A stretch of DNA of 63,591 nt from Negaprion brevirostris (Eukaryota): the NCBI GenBank assembly GCA_030324005.1, contig JARDVH010000031.1, forward strand, positions 37,461,072-37,524,662. Direction: 5' to 3'. A program made the translations under genes and the position numbers. The notes beneath the pieces were generated by a model. That model had not been told where the DNA came from. It made no database searches and saw nothing but the letters and a program-made list of their open reading frames with translations. Below, one piece after another: positions 27,451 to 40,070 of the stretch. Within the stretch, counting starts at the first letter, position 1; each line of letters starts with the position of its first letter.

Positions 27451-28061
27451 TGTGTCATATAATGTGCATATTTTGACAAAATTATAGTATTTACACAATA
27501 TTTAGATTCAAATTAATGTGTGCACCTTAAATGTAAATTGAGATCAACCTTCTGATATCCACAATTGTTTGTGAAAACCAAGATAGTAAAAAAAGTTATT
27601 CAAAAGAAATTCTATTTCCAAAAATGCAGTAGAACTGATGGTGCTAATTGACCTTTCCATGTCACCAGTCAAGTCCATTTTGCAAAAAAAAAGCTAATTG
27701 TCGTCGTCATATTCTATTGATACAAAATTCTTGTTGCCAGTGTTTCTCTGTATTACAAATTCATTTGATCTTCATTTCACCAAATAAAGAATTGAAACTA
27801 TAGACCTGTATGGGGTCAGATGGGGCTGGTTTTAATGGGGAAACCATTGTCTTCGTCCCTATTCCTTGCACCAACCCCTCACTGGCCAACCCCTGCTCTC
27901 GAAGGCTGCTTTGCAACCATTTTAATACTATGAGAATTGAAGCACAGCAGCCCCCACTGTAGCACCAGGAACGGTGGTCATTGCTGGAACTGCATAATTT
28001 TAAACTGATCGCGAGGAAAGTCCTGTATTTGGTTTGAAATAGGGCCATATTTTGTATTTCG

Positions 28062-29450
28062 TAAGACATAGAAGCAGCATTAGGCCATTCAGCCATCAAG
28101 TCTGCTCTGCCATTCAATCATAGCTGATTTTTTTTCTCATTGCCATTCTGCCTTTTCCCCATAACCCCTGATCCCCTTGTTAATCAAGAGCCTATCTATT
28201 GCTGTCTTAAAGAAGCTCAATGAAGGGGCCCCCTCAGCATTCTGTGGCAAAGAGTTCCACAGACTCGCCACTCTGGTTGAAAAAACTCCTCCTCATCTCT
28301 GTTTTAAAGGATCACCCGTTNNNNNNNNNNNNNNNNNNNNNNNNNNNNNNNNNNNNNNNNNNNNNNNNNNNNNNNNNNNNNNNNNNNNNNNNNNNNNNNN
28401 NNNNNNNNNNNNNNNNNNNNATACTACCTGTCCCTCTACATATCTTTGTATCATCTGCAAACTTAGCAACAGTGCCTTCAGTTCCTTCCTCCAAATCATT
28501 AATGTTTACTGTGAAAAGTTGTGATCCCAGCACTGACCCCAAGGCATACCACTAGGCAGTGGCTGCCATCCTGAGAAAGACCTCTTTATCCCCCCTCTCT
28601 GCTTTCTACCAGTCAACCAATCCTCTGTCCATGCCAGGATCTTATCCTTAATACCATGGGCTCTTAACTTACTTAACAGGGTCTTACGTGGCACCTTGTC
28701 AAAAGCCTTTTGGAAGTCTAAATAAATCATCCACTGGCTTTCCTTTTTTTAACTTTCTTGTTAACACCTCAAAAAACTCAAACAGATTTGTCAGACATGA
28801 CCTCACCATGACAAAGTAGGACTCGATCCTACTTTATCATGCACTTCCAAGTACTGTGCAATCTCATCTTTAATAATGGACTATAAAATCTTGCCAGTGA
28901 CCAAAGTCAGGCTAATTGGCCTATAATTTCCCGTCTGCTGCTTCCATCCTTTCTTAAACAGTGGTGTTACATTAGCTACTTCCAGTCCCTGCCTCCAGTG
29001 ATTGCTGAAAGATCACCACCAATGCCTCCACAATTTCCTCAGCCACGTATTTTAGAACTCTGGGGCATAGTCCATCCGGTCCAGGTGATTTATCCACCTT
29101 TAGACCTTTGTTTCCCCAGAACCTTCTCCTTAGTGATGGCCACCTCACTCTCCTGGAGCTCTGGCATCTCACTGTGTCTTCCACCATGAAGACTGATGCA
29201 AAGTAACTATTAAGTTCCTCTGCCATTGCTTTGTTTCCTACTATTACTTCTCCAGCCTCATTTTCCAGTGGTCCAGTTTTGCTCTCCCTTATCTTTTATA
29301 TATTGAAAAAACTCTTCCTATCTTCTTTCATATTACTAGCTATCTTACACTCATATTTTGCCTTTTTAGTTGTCCTCAACTTACTTTTAAAGGCTTTCCA
29401 ATTCTCTGGCTTCCCACTAATCTTTGCCACTTTGTATTTCATTAACGGAA
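28062..29450 (-). mobile_element. CR1 LINE fragment (RT and 3' tail; spans a gap)
   Basis: ORFs on the - strand: MAEELNSYFASVF, LKVDKSPGPDG, IYLDFQKAFDKVP and SVLGSQLFTVNINDLEEG..VAKFADDTK. Confidence 0.92.
28321..28420. other. Assembly gap (100 N)
   Basis: N run. Other gaps: 33502-33601 (100), 43982-44063 (82), 46884-47236 (353), 56634-57393 (760). Confidence 1.
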
Positions 29451-30762
29451 TCTGCAAATTTGGACAATTCCTTGAAGAAACTTAACTTTCTTTTGAACAT
29501 TGTTGTACACAGGCCAAAGGACAGCATCAGATGATTTTCAAATACATGATTTTCTATGAGTTCTTCAAGCCCATTTTATTTGTATTTAAACAACATTTTA
29601 TTAACATCTGATTCACATCAACTGTTTATCGTTTTGGAATACAATTGGGGATCCCTTCTCCAAAAATGTTGTATTCCTTTGTGTGCTCTACACAAATCTG
29701 CATGCTGAAAAACCAAGCAATTGATTCCATAGCTGTGTAGTTACATTGGAAGGTTTTAAATTGTGCGTATTTATAAAAAGTACAATTTCATGTTGCATTG
29801 TGATTTGTAGGTACATGTTGCTACTTCTGTGTTCCAACAATTGTATGCGACTCGAGTGGTGCAAAATTATTACTATTATACTGAATACTGCATTGTCACT
29901 CAAACATTGAGCTTGAACTATTTATTGCAATCTGGCATTGTTTCCAACTATCTTTTTACTAACACTTCAAGATTAATGTGCTAATTTCAAGCATATCTCA
30001 ATTTGCTAACATGACTATTATATTAACATCTTCAACTTGGTTAAGTTATTAGCCCTCTTACCTCTGGGTCAGAAGATTTTGGGTTCAAATCACAGTAAAA
30101 ATTGAACATCCATACTGATTTTGTTAAGTACAGCATGTACTTCATCAGAGACCATGTTCAAACTATATTTTTTCAACATAGTGAAATCCATGTGAGGAAA
30201 TTTCTGGTTAGCTTTTCAAACTAGAAAAAAGAAAATGTATCTGGTTTGTTATTTTTTCTGTATATGGGAATATGTAACACCAATTGAGATTGGATACAAG
30301 CAAATTATTGCCCCCAAGTAGAGAAAAGACATGAAGAGCTGAGTAAATGTACTCTTCTGTGCAGTACCAAGTGGGAAAAAATGCTCCACAAATCAATCAA
30401 TTTTGCAGTGGGAATGAGGTATCAGCAATACCTATTAACTGACTTCTCCAACTGATAATTCGACCTCAGTGGAGTTTGTAGTATTCTGATCATTTAGAAT
30501 GATTCATGGTTGTACACTCTTTACTCCCACATTTTATAACTCAAAAGCATTGGGTTACTTTTCACAGAATCAGGAATGAAACTGAACTTTTAAACTGGAA
30601 CATATTTTGTAAAGTTTAAACTGAACAATAATGTTCAGTATGTATAAAGCAAAAAGTGAATTATTGCCTGCAGATGTGCAAAAATGTTTACTTTAAGGGA
30701 AGATGATAATGAATTAACTGAAAAATAACTTCATAATTTATGTTCACACTAGTTTCAAGTCT

Positions 30763-30965
30763 TGGCTGGAATTCTCAGTCCATTCACAGAATCCCACTGG
30801 TGGTTCACTCCCCCATTGCAAGTTTCCTGGCGGTGTGGTGTGGGGTGGCTTCGATGGGAACCCCCATTGGCAGCGGTGGGATCAAAAGATCTCGCTGCCA
30901 GTGAATCGTGTGCCACCCATTGCCATCAAGAAAAACTCTGAGGGGAAACCAGAAAATCTCATCCT
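30763..30965. mobile_element. Short GC-rich MITE-like repeat (possibly Harbinger-derived)
   Basis: Begins ggctggaattctc and ends gaaaatctcatcc, which are weak inverted termini. Internal ccattg/gatggg-type palindromic core. GC-rich island in AT-rich DNA. Confidence 0.4.
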
Positions 30966-31119
30966 GTGTATTTCAGTTTGAGGTGAATCAGTGGAATGCT
31001 TTGCACGAAGTATTGAAAAGATGTACAGATAATTACCGGTTTCAAAATTGTATAAGTACTGAATTCTTAATGTCTATGAGTTAAGGAATAAAATGGTATT
31101 GTTTGTGTTTTATTGTTAG

Positions 31120-31410
31120 TGTTGAATCCCACCATGGCAGTTGGTGAAATTTAAATTTAATAAAATCAGGAATTAAAAGTCTAATGGTGATCATGAAACC
31201 ATTGCCAATGGCTGTAAAAACACATCTCATTCATTGATGTCCTTTAGGAAAGGAAATCTGCCATCCTGACCTGGTCTGGTGACACATGATTCACAACAAT
31301 ATGGTTGATTATTAAAATGCCCTCTGAAATTATTCAGTTCAAGGGCAATTAAGAATGGGAAATAAATGCTGGCCCAGGTAGTGACACCCACATCCAATGA
31401 ATAAAAAAAA
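31120..31410 (+). mobile_element. tRNA-head SINE (head plus LINE tail)
   Basis: gttgaatcccaccatggcagttggtgaaatttaaa body, then ttcagttcaagggcaattaagaatgggaaataaatgctggccc...catccaatgaataaaaaaaa tail. Confidence 0.75.
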
Positions 31411-32567
31411 TTATAACTTCAGGGAGCCATCCTAATGTGATCTGAGTCACAATACTCGGTGACTCTGGGAAATAAATTTTAGCCAACTATTTAGTGGTAG
31501 TCATGGTGCGCATCACATAAGGTTGATGTTGTCCTCAAAACATCCACTTTGCAGCTAAGATCATAAGTTGAGTTAAGTAGCTGAGGAACTTGGATTAATT
31601 CACAACCCTTCCCACCCCACAGTAAGCTCACATGATGGGGAGAGCAAAGACCAGTGGGATCTGACTGTGTCTTCAACTCAGAACAGCTTGTTCAGTTAAA
31701 TATGTGGCTGAGGCCCCTGCAGAATATTACTTTTATCCACAAACCATCAAAGGACTAATTTTGACCTGATAGGTCATGGTGATGAGCACCCAGTGCAAAT
31801 AATAAACTACACTAAAGCCTATTATCTTTTATTCCATATCAAGTTGGTGTTGATTTTGCTATATGTAAATTGAATGCCTTGCTTACCTACATAATGGTTA
31901 CAATGTTTCAGTGTGCTGAGCTGCCATTTGATCTGTAGGTGTTTTTAGAAGAGGTGATGAAGCACTGTTTAAATGAGAGAGAGTGGGCTGCGTTATGAAC
32001 CCTGAATGAGGGTTGACTATTAAACTTCGTATGCTTAAGATCGGACATCACCAAAAATGGTAGAAATGGACAGGAACTCCATTTGTATTTGAACGAATAT
32101 ATAGGATAATATTTTGGGCAGATTAATAAGCTTTCAGTTGAGCAGTTACAACCTATCTATATGAAATAAACCAACATGTTTGATAGTTTGTGAAGAAATT
32201 TAAAAATGGCAAGAGGTGAACTATACTGGATATCGACCACATTTTTAATTGATTTGGCAATTGAACAACAAGAGTGAGTAAAATGGATGTGGAATCAAAA
32301 CTAATTTGCACAAGTGGAGCGTGAAATATTTTCAGTATTTGTGGAATTTGTCTGCATTGTAACTCATGTGACCCACCACTTGACATTGCATAAATGTGGC
32401 TGAAATTAAACTCAATAATAGTAAATTAAGCATGTGTCTTGTCATTCTGCCCATGGATAGCTGTTCTTAGTGTTTAACCATTTCCTTGTCCCTTTGCATG
32501 ATAATCTCAAATTAATTCCACTTGTTTGAGAGCAAAGGGTTAAATTGAATTTTGTTTTGCTTCACAG

Positions 32568-32645
32568 AAGGAATTATGTAATATGATTCTGGATTGCTGT
32601 GCACAACAAAGAACATACGAGAAATTTTTTGGTCTCTTGGCTGGG
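32568..32645 (+). CDS. CWC22: CWC22 coding exon: [26 protein letters not shown]
   Basis: tttgcttcacag acceptor and gtaaga donor. 78 bp, phase 0/0. Confidence 0.97.
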
Positions 32646-32916
32646 GTAAGACGTTCATTCATTATATTCGTCTGTTTTATCACTTGTAGTTTGAACTGTG
32701 GCTAATATTTGAAGCTGAATGGGAGATACTGCTAAAGTATTAAATTCAGTGTTTTTAATTCTCTAACAGTTTGATAACTATCAACTTTTCATCCTGAAAC
32801 AATGATGATTTTAAATACACATATCCTTCAGTATAATCTTTGGTATATGGCATTGGTTTTATTGAATGGCAGGCTGCACATTTCATGTTGCTCTTTGCAT
32901 TTCAATATCCTTGCAG

Positions 32917-33069
32917 CGCTTTTGTATGTTGAAGAAGGACTACATGGAGGCTTTCGAAGGAATCTTCAAAGAGCAGTATGAAACGATACATCGCTTAGAA
33001 ACAAACAAATTACGCAATGTGGCAAAGATGTTTGCACATCTCTTGTACACAGACTCAATTCCGTGGAGT
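32917..33069 (+). CDS. CWC22: CWC22 coding exon: [51 protein letters not shown]
   Basis: ccttgcag acceptor and gtaagt donor. 153 bp, phase 0/0, within ORF 32866-33147. Confidence 0.98.
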
Positions 33070-33419
33070 GTAAGTCATAATAAGCCAGTGGCAAATCAGC
33101 ATTCATTTGTGCTTTTCTTCAGGAACTTGGTATTTCCTAATGTCTGAAATTTATATATATAGTAACCCAATGAATATTTTAGGTTAAGCAAGGCAGAAAA
33201 GCTTGTACCATTGATCACAAAATTTGTAATTGTGGAACTAGTGGGGGAAAATGTCTGGTTGGTTCGCATATGTTTGATTTCTCAATTATAACTTTGTATT
33301 TAAATCTGGTCTAATCATTTTTATTTTGTGTTGTAACTTCTACATAATTCATAACTGCCGAGATTCAACTGCATGTAAACCCTTATGAAAATGTTTTGTA
33401 GCTTCCGATATTCTGTCTC

Positions 33420-34110
33420 CCATAAATTTGATGTTATCCAAAACTCTGCTACCTATGTTATTACTCCATCAGATCTCATTTAGCAGTCAATCTGTGCTCT
33501 CNNNNNNNNNNNNNNNNNNNNNNNNNNNNNNNNNNNNNNNNNNNNNNNNNNNNNNNNNNNNNNNNNNNNNNNNNNNNNNNNNNNNNNNNNNNNNNNNNNN
33601 NATTTTAAAATTCTTATCCTTGTTTTCAAAGCCCCCCCCCACCCCTATCTCTATTTTCCTCAAGTCCCCAAAACTCTGAGCTATCTGAGCTCACCTAACT
33701 CTGGCTTCTTGGGATTCCCCATTTTAATTGCCCCCTCATTGGTGGCTGGGCCTTCAGCTGCTTCGGCCCCCAAGTGCTGGAATTTTTTCTTCAACTCTAT
33801 CTCTCTTTTTTTAAGATGTTCCTTAAAAATCTGCTGTTATGATCAAGGTATTAACCATCTGCCCTAATCACCTTAAGTTTAAGTTTATTTATTAGTGTCA
33901 CAAATAAGCTTACATTAACACTGCAACAAGGTTACTGTGAAAACCCCCTAGTCACCACACTCCAGTGCCTGTTCGGTACACTGAGGGAGAGTTTAGCATG
34001 GCCAAAGCTCCTAACCAGCATGATTCAATGTCCAGTTTTACCTTACATGCTTTTGTGAAGGACCTTGCGATGTTTTGTCACATTAAAGATACAATATAAA
34101 TGTTAGCTGT
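33420..34110 (+). mobile_element. L2 3' fragment with a nested antisense HE1-related SINE piece (about 33875-34022)
   Basis: L2 motifs aaatttgatgttatccaaaactctgct and ttttaaaattcttatccttgttttcaaa. Insert aagtttatttattagtgtcac...tttagcatggccaaagctcctaaccagca. Confidence 0.6.
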
Positions 34111-35429
34111 TATGAATTTCATAAGTAAACGGTGTATAAATTAAAATGTCAGCTGAGCCTATTACACCACAATGCTTTACCAGCTACCGTGTTGCTAATG
34201 TCTTGGGTGTCTGATTGGATGCACTGAAATGTCTGAGTAATATTCTTTTTCACAGCTACTATTCTAATTGTTTTTTTTAATTGGGATCTGTCCAAAATTC
34301 AAAAAATGATTTTCCACTAGGAATTAAATGCAGTTGAATCTCAGTTATGGCAAATTGTGAAATATATCGACGTTAAAACACACATTTGTCCAACCAACCT
34401 GTCTTGATATTCCTCAGTAATCCTAATCTACAGCACTCTCCTTGTTCCACATCTCTCTATCCCCCATTTTTTGGACAACTATCTAACCTGTTCATCAACA
34501 TAGATATTGTCTGGACTTGAATCGCTAACTTCAAAAGACATTTGACACACCTCTGAATTAAACGTCTCCTGCTCGCTGTGATTTTCTCATATTTGATCTA
34601 AATCTATGCCCCCATTCAAGACCCCTTCAGTAACTGGGGATTCTTGGTTTCTGTGTTCTCTATTCCATCACAAAATAATGTTAAGCACATTTCCGCTGTT
34701 CTAATTGCAATGACCTCAACATTGAACATGTTTCGTATTTGTATATTTTCATGCCAAGCACTATCCTAGTGAATCTACACAACTCTCTTGATTGTCTCAA
34801 CATCCCTTCTACAGTGTGGAGTTCAAACTAGGGGATTTTCACAGTAGTTTTTAAATCTGCACAAAGTACTCTTAGCTGTAATCTTAAGATTTGATAAAAA
34901 TTCAACATTCAGTTGTATATTCTGTACCTTTTGTCATAAAACATCAGAATTTCATTTGCTTTTTAATGACATGTCTTGAGAAGGTAGGCCTGGTGGGAAG
35001 AAGGGTCTTTCCTTCCTCCATACATTTCATGTTAATTCAGATGCTGAGGCAAGATATCCTGAATGACATACTATGTGAATGCACGGTTCTTAGACCTATG
35101 CAAAACTTAAACTGCTTTAGATTATTATAGTTTCCAGTAAGTTCTTTCGGTAAGGCATTTCCACATTTAAAATTTAAAACGGGTCGTCTTAAAACACAAT
35201 ACTTCCCTGATTGTGGTTGACTAAACTCTGACAAAAGGAACAGAGAAAAATCCATTATCAACAACAGACGTTTAAAATAACCTTGCAAGTATAATTGTAA
35301 AATATTTTGTACCAGTGAAAATTTATGATATTGTTGGAGGGTGCACTGTCAGAATTTTTTTTTTAATTGGTTTATGTACGCATTATGTTTAGGCTCAAGT
35401 TTCAGTCCAGCTTCCCTGTCTTTCTGCAG

Positions 35430-35557
35430 GTTCTTGATTGTGTCCATTTAAGTGAAGAAACGACAACATCTTCCAGCAGAATATTTGTGAAGATCCTATT
35501 TCAAGAGCTTTGTGAATATATGGGGCTTCCCAAACTAAATCAAAGGCTACAGGACAT
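35430..35557 (+). CDS. CWC22: CWC22 coding exon: [42 protein letters not shown](M)
   Basis: tttctgcag acceptor and gtaagt donor. 128 bp, phase 0/2. Confidence 0.98.
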
Positions 35558-37229
35558 GTAAGTGTTAAACTGTGATGCTTGAAAGTTTATTTTTATGACT
35601 TGGTCATGTAATGACCGCAACAATCAATTGTTTCAGTGCTGCGACATTTTCACTATTTACAGTTGCAATGTCAAATTCTAACATTTGCAGTGTATCTGAT
35701 GACAGTGTATTTGCTGCTTTCAAAAGGGTCTCATTGTGAAACAGAACTCTTAACCTGTCGAGAACCATTATCTAATCTAACCTTCTTGAAACAAGTTTTC
35801 TTATTTTTCAAAGTAAAGCATTGAGATTTCAAAGGTTTAATTGCTACGTTTGTTTCAGTTAGTTGCAAAATCATATGATGGCTGATTTTAGTTTATCTTA
35901 GAGCTTAAGTGTAGAAGTAGTGATAATTAGTATTGGTTGATTTTGTTTGATTTATGGTTACTGGTGCAGTAGCTAAACTAAACTGTTCTACTCAGTCAAT
36001 AGTTTGATTGAACCATTAGACTCAGGTGCCCCTCCAGCAAGAATTAGGTTGGAATTGACTAAACTAAGTTCACATATAACCTTTACAGTTCACAAAAAGG
36101 AGACTTCCACATTATTTTGTATTTTCCGGCGGTCTTGAAAGAACAAGAAAATCCATGGTAACAGTGGCCAAAATGCTCATTTTTGGCTAAAAAAGTGTTA
36201 GGGGAATAGCAGATTCCTGAATAAAGCAGCTTCTTACCAATGCCTGTATGGCGCACCTTGAGTTCAGTTTCTTTACTGCTAAATCACTCTGGAGAAGGCA
36301 CTGAGAAGTAACCACATGTGTCCTGAAACAGCTCCGTGGTAAACAGCAAGGGTAGGGGCTTAACTTGATTTTGACAGCTGCCTGAGAGTCTGCTCTCGGT
36401 TGGAATGCTGCATCTTTGTATTATTGGGTCACAGAGCTTCAAATTAGCCTGAGCACTGCTCTGAACGTGTTTATCCTACTGCTTATGATAGAGCTGCTTT
36501 GGGACTCCTCCTCAAAAGGTGTTAGCTATTAAGAGTCAGGTGGGAATCTTGCATGTTCTATAAAATTGTAAATAGTTCTTTCATCATCGTCAGAAGCACA
36601 TAAAACATACTTTGCCTAGCTCCCAAACACTGTACAATTGCTTTATTTTGAAATTTCCCACTTGCATGCAGAAGGGTTTGCAGTGAGTCACATCCAGTGT
36701 TTCTTCTAAACAGCGCAAGTGTCTAGCTGCGTAGCCATCGTGCAGAGGGAAATGACAAGCTACACAAAGCTATCTTCCCTTTAAGGTGTGTGCGTCAATC
36801 TTAAAGGGACCACACTGCAATTAGCAGATCATTTACAGTCAGCAGAAATTAGAGGGAACATTGGTCGAGATGAGAAACGTTTCTACTTGCATAGAAAATA
36901 CTTTTAAACATTTTGCAATATGTTCTAAAATAAACATAGAATTGTATTGAAACAAAATTATATCCAATGCTGTATTTAAATAAAGCTTCAAATTGAATCA
37001 TCCTTGCCCATCTCCATTTATATAATTAAATTGATTACTTGACCAGGCAAAAACAAGAAAGAAATTAACACAATTTCCTTGTTTTGTGCTTAAATCTTTA
37101 TCATACACTATTTTTGAGTGTTTTATATTTTTGATTATCTGCAGTGAGGCTCTGAGACAATAAAACATTGTCGTAACTTGAAGTTACGTTGTGTTAAAGT
37201 TTTTCTAATGCCTATCTTTTTTTTTGTAG

Positions 37230-37331
37230 GACATTACAACCTTTCTTTGAAGGTCTCTTTCCCAGGGATAATCCACGTAACACACGATTTGCTATCAATT
37301 TCTTTACCTCTATCGGCCTTGGAGGACTAAC
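37230..37331 (+). CDS. CWC22: CWC22 coding exon: (M)[33 protein letters not shown](T)
   Basis: tttttttttgtag acceptor and gtatgt donor. 102 bp, phase 2/2. Contains the highly conserved [18 protein letters not shown] motif. Confidence 0.98.
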
Positions 37332-37415
37332 GTATGTATACTTGTCTTTCTTTTCTTCACAGTATCTATTTTAATATTTGCTTTCAATAATATTGGTTGT
37401 AATTTTCCAATTCAG

Positions 37416-37648
37416 AGATGAATTGCGGGAACACTTGAAAAATGCACCAAAAATAATAATGACCCAGCGGCAGGATGTTGAATCATCAGATTCTTCTTCG
37501 TCATCCTCTTCCTCCTCTGATTCGGATTCAGATTCATCCTCTGATTCGGGATCTGAAAGTAGCAGTAGCAGCAGTAGTGACAGTGACAGCAGTTCTGGAT
37601 CATCTAGTGGCAGTGACTCCTCATCCTCCAGCAGCAGCAGTGGCTCAG
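37416..37648 (+). CDS. CWC22: CWC22 coding exon: (T)DELREHLKNAPKIIMTQRQDVES plus Ser/Asp-rich tract
   Basis: ccaattcag acceptor and caggtatgt donor. 233 bp, phase 2/1. Confidence 0.95.
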
Positions 37649-40070
37649 GTATGTACGTTTACTGTAATTTTTGGTTTGGTGTCCAATACATACGTCATTG
37701 AAAGAATTCAACCCCATGTATCTCTTTTATCCTTAAACGTGCATATATTTGTACTAGTTGGACAGTTAGGGGAAAATGGCTATGCAATGTGTTTCTTGTA
37801 TTGTAACATTTTCTGATGTCATCTGCCAACAGTCATAGAAACATTTTTGCACAACACTGCATGTTCGACATCCTTTTAAGTTACAGTATGCATTGTCAAA
37901 TCCCATAAGAGCAGATACTTAACATTTCAATTTTCTCAACTAATGTTCTCTCTTCCCCTTGTCTATTTAGCTGAAGGTGCTGACCATAGTTCCATGCACA
38001 GCTATCATGTTCTATAAGTTTTTTAAATGGCTGCCATTAACTTATGTAACAAGCTAACTTAATTTTTCTTACTGTAGAGGAACAAACTCCAATTTACTGC
38101 CTAAATCAACTTTGAGTGAGACCAGTGAACTTGGCAAAATATTTTCTTTTGATATATTTTACCATTCCAGTGTGTTAATGTGTGCAATTAAATCTCTAAA
38201 TGGCTTTGGTTTTTTTATTGGTTGGCACCATCTCTTATTGTCTTTCCATTAATTGTATAATGGACAGATTTTTCATTTGGTACTGTAAGTTGAGCGTCTC
38301 CAAAAATCTCTCCTTGAATCAGAATGTCAGTGTAGAGATGGCAAGCAAATGAGTAGATCCTACTCTTGACCTTGAATTAACTTTTCCCTGTAATACTGAG
38401 ACCACATTTTGAACAGGGCAGGTAACTTTGACAGTTGTATCAAGTAGTTTTGACATTCCTTTCAGTTTAAATGAAACATTAAAACTTCAAAATCATTGAC
38501 AGGTTTTCATAAGTGCTAGAGAAATGGTTAGTGCATGTGCAGTACAATGTTTGTAAGTATAAGCATTCTCACCTGTTCTTGAATCAAAAGAACAACTTGT
38601 ATTTATAAAGCACCTTTTAATGTTGAATGGCATCTAAGACATAATCGGACAAAAGTTCCAGCTATCGGGCTTTTCTGACATTCATATAAGTGTAACTTTA
38701 AGAAGTGAACTGAACATAAAGTGGATTCATGTCAACATAAATTGCGTGTTTTCATCACCTCGTAAGACTTTGTGATAGACAAATATCTTGAACTTAACTA
38801 AGCCATTAAATATTGAAGAACAAAGTGGCAAAAACATGAGGGAACAGATGGCTGCTACATGGACAGCTGCAGGTCTGTGGAGCATTTGATATGACCAGAA
38901 CAGACAGATCCTTAACAACCAACTGATTGTTATAACTTGTCAAGCTGAGCTTGGATGGACTTGGATACTATTATGTTTGTTTTGTGTGCTCAATCATATT
39001 GATTTTCTAATGTACCTTTGAACTGATCCCAATTTTCTTCTGAAATGCTTAAACAAACATTGGAGAGTATAATAATTTGCTGATAAGACAGATGTTAGTA
39101 GTTATGTGGCTTATATTTTTTATATGTATGGACAGGTAAAAGAACAAATTTAAATGAAGAATGGTAGAATGTAGTGAGTATGCAAATGCATCCCAAGAGG
39201 CGCATTATTCTCAACAGATAAATTCCACTTAGTTTTGATGTGATTGGAGTGGAAGAAAACAGATTGAAGACTCATTAGATTCTGATAAGTTTTGGGATTA
39301 AATTGGCACAAAGGATTTGAAGGAAGTAATGTAGATTTGTACATGTGCACACAGAGATTATCTAATTGTTCTGAATAGCTGCAAGCAATCTGTCGAAACT
39401 GATGTTAATATCGACTGTCTTAATAAATCTAAACCATTGGGAGAATACCATTTTGTAGAAGGTGATTTTATTTCTCCTGCTTCCTCATTTGCACTTAATT
39501 AACATGCAGGTTATTGTTGTATCTAATCTACATTTTTATCCCAGCTTTTTAATCATGTCAGACTGAGTGTTTAAGATGAAAGGCACTATGATACTGCCGT
39601 TATCTTTTTAAGTCATGTTCTGGGAACAGTGCTTTTGTCATTTTTCCCTGGCAGGTATTTTTAAATCTATATTTACGGCTTTGCTAGTTCATTATAATGT
39701 TGACACTAGTTTTATTATTTCTTCAGTTATGGGGTGATGAAATGTAAACAATGCTTGTGCATGTTAAGATGTCCTTGTTATTTCTTCTCCATTCTAATTG
39801 AAGTTGATTAAAACAATATTGGTTAATTTAGGTTAGGTTGAAATCCAAATTCGCAGACAGTTGGGTACAAACATGCCATGGCTGTACGATAAATGTAGTT
39901 TAACTTCTAAGATTTGTGCAACCCCGAATTTCATACGGAATCAATCCGGTGCGCAGGTTTCTAAATCTTTGAACATAAATAAATATACCACTGTTTGTGA
40001 AAAGATTGCCAAACAAAATATTTAAAAGCTACATACTTATAATGACCGACTCATTTTTCTTCTTTCACAG

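Noticed and set aside
32795-32880. ATGATGA (box C-like) in the 271-bp intron
   Set aside because: No downstream CTGA box D or terminal stem, so no support for a C/D snoRNA.
39850-39980. CpG-containing stem-forming stretch about 100 nt before the last exon (H/ACA snoRNA-like position)
   Set aside because: Pairing depends on many G-U pairs and no ANANNA H box lies at the hinge. An Infernal/snoGPS scan would settle it.
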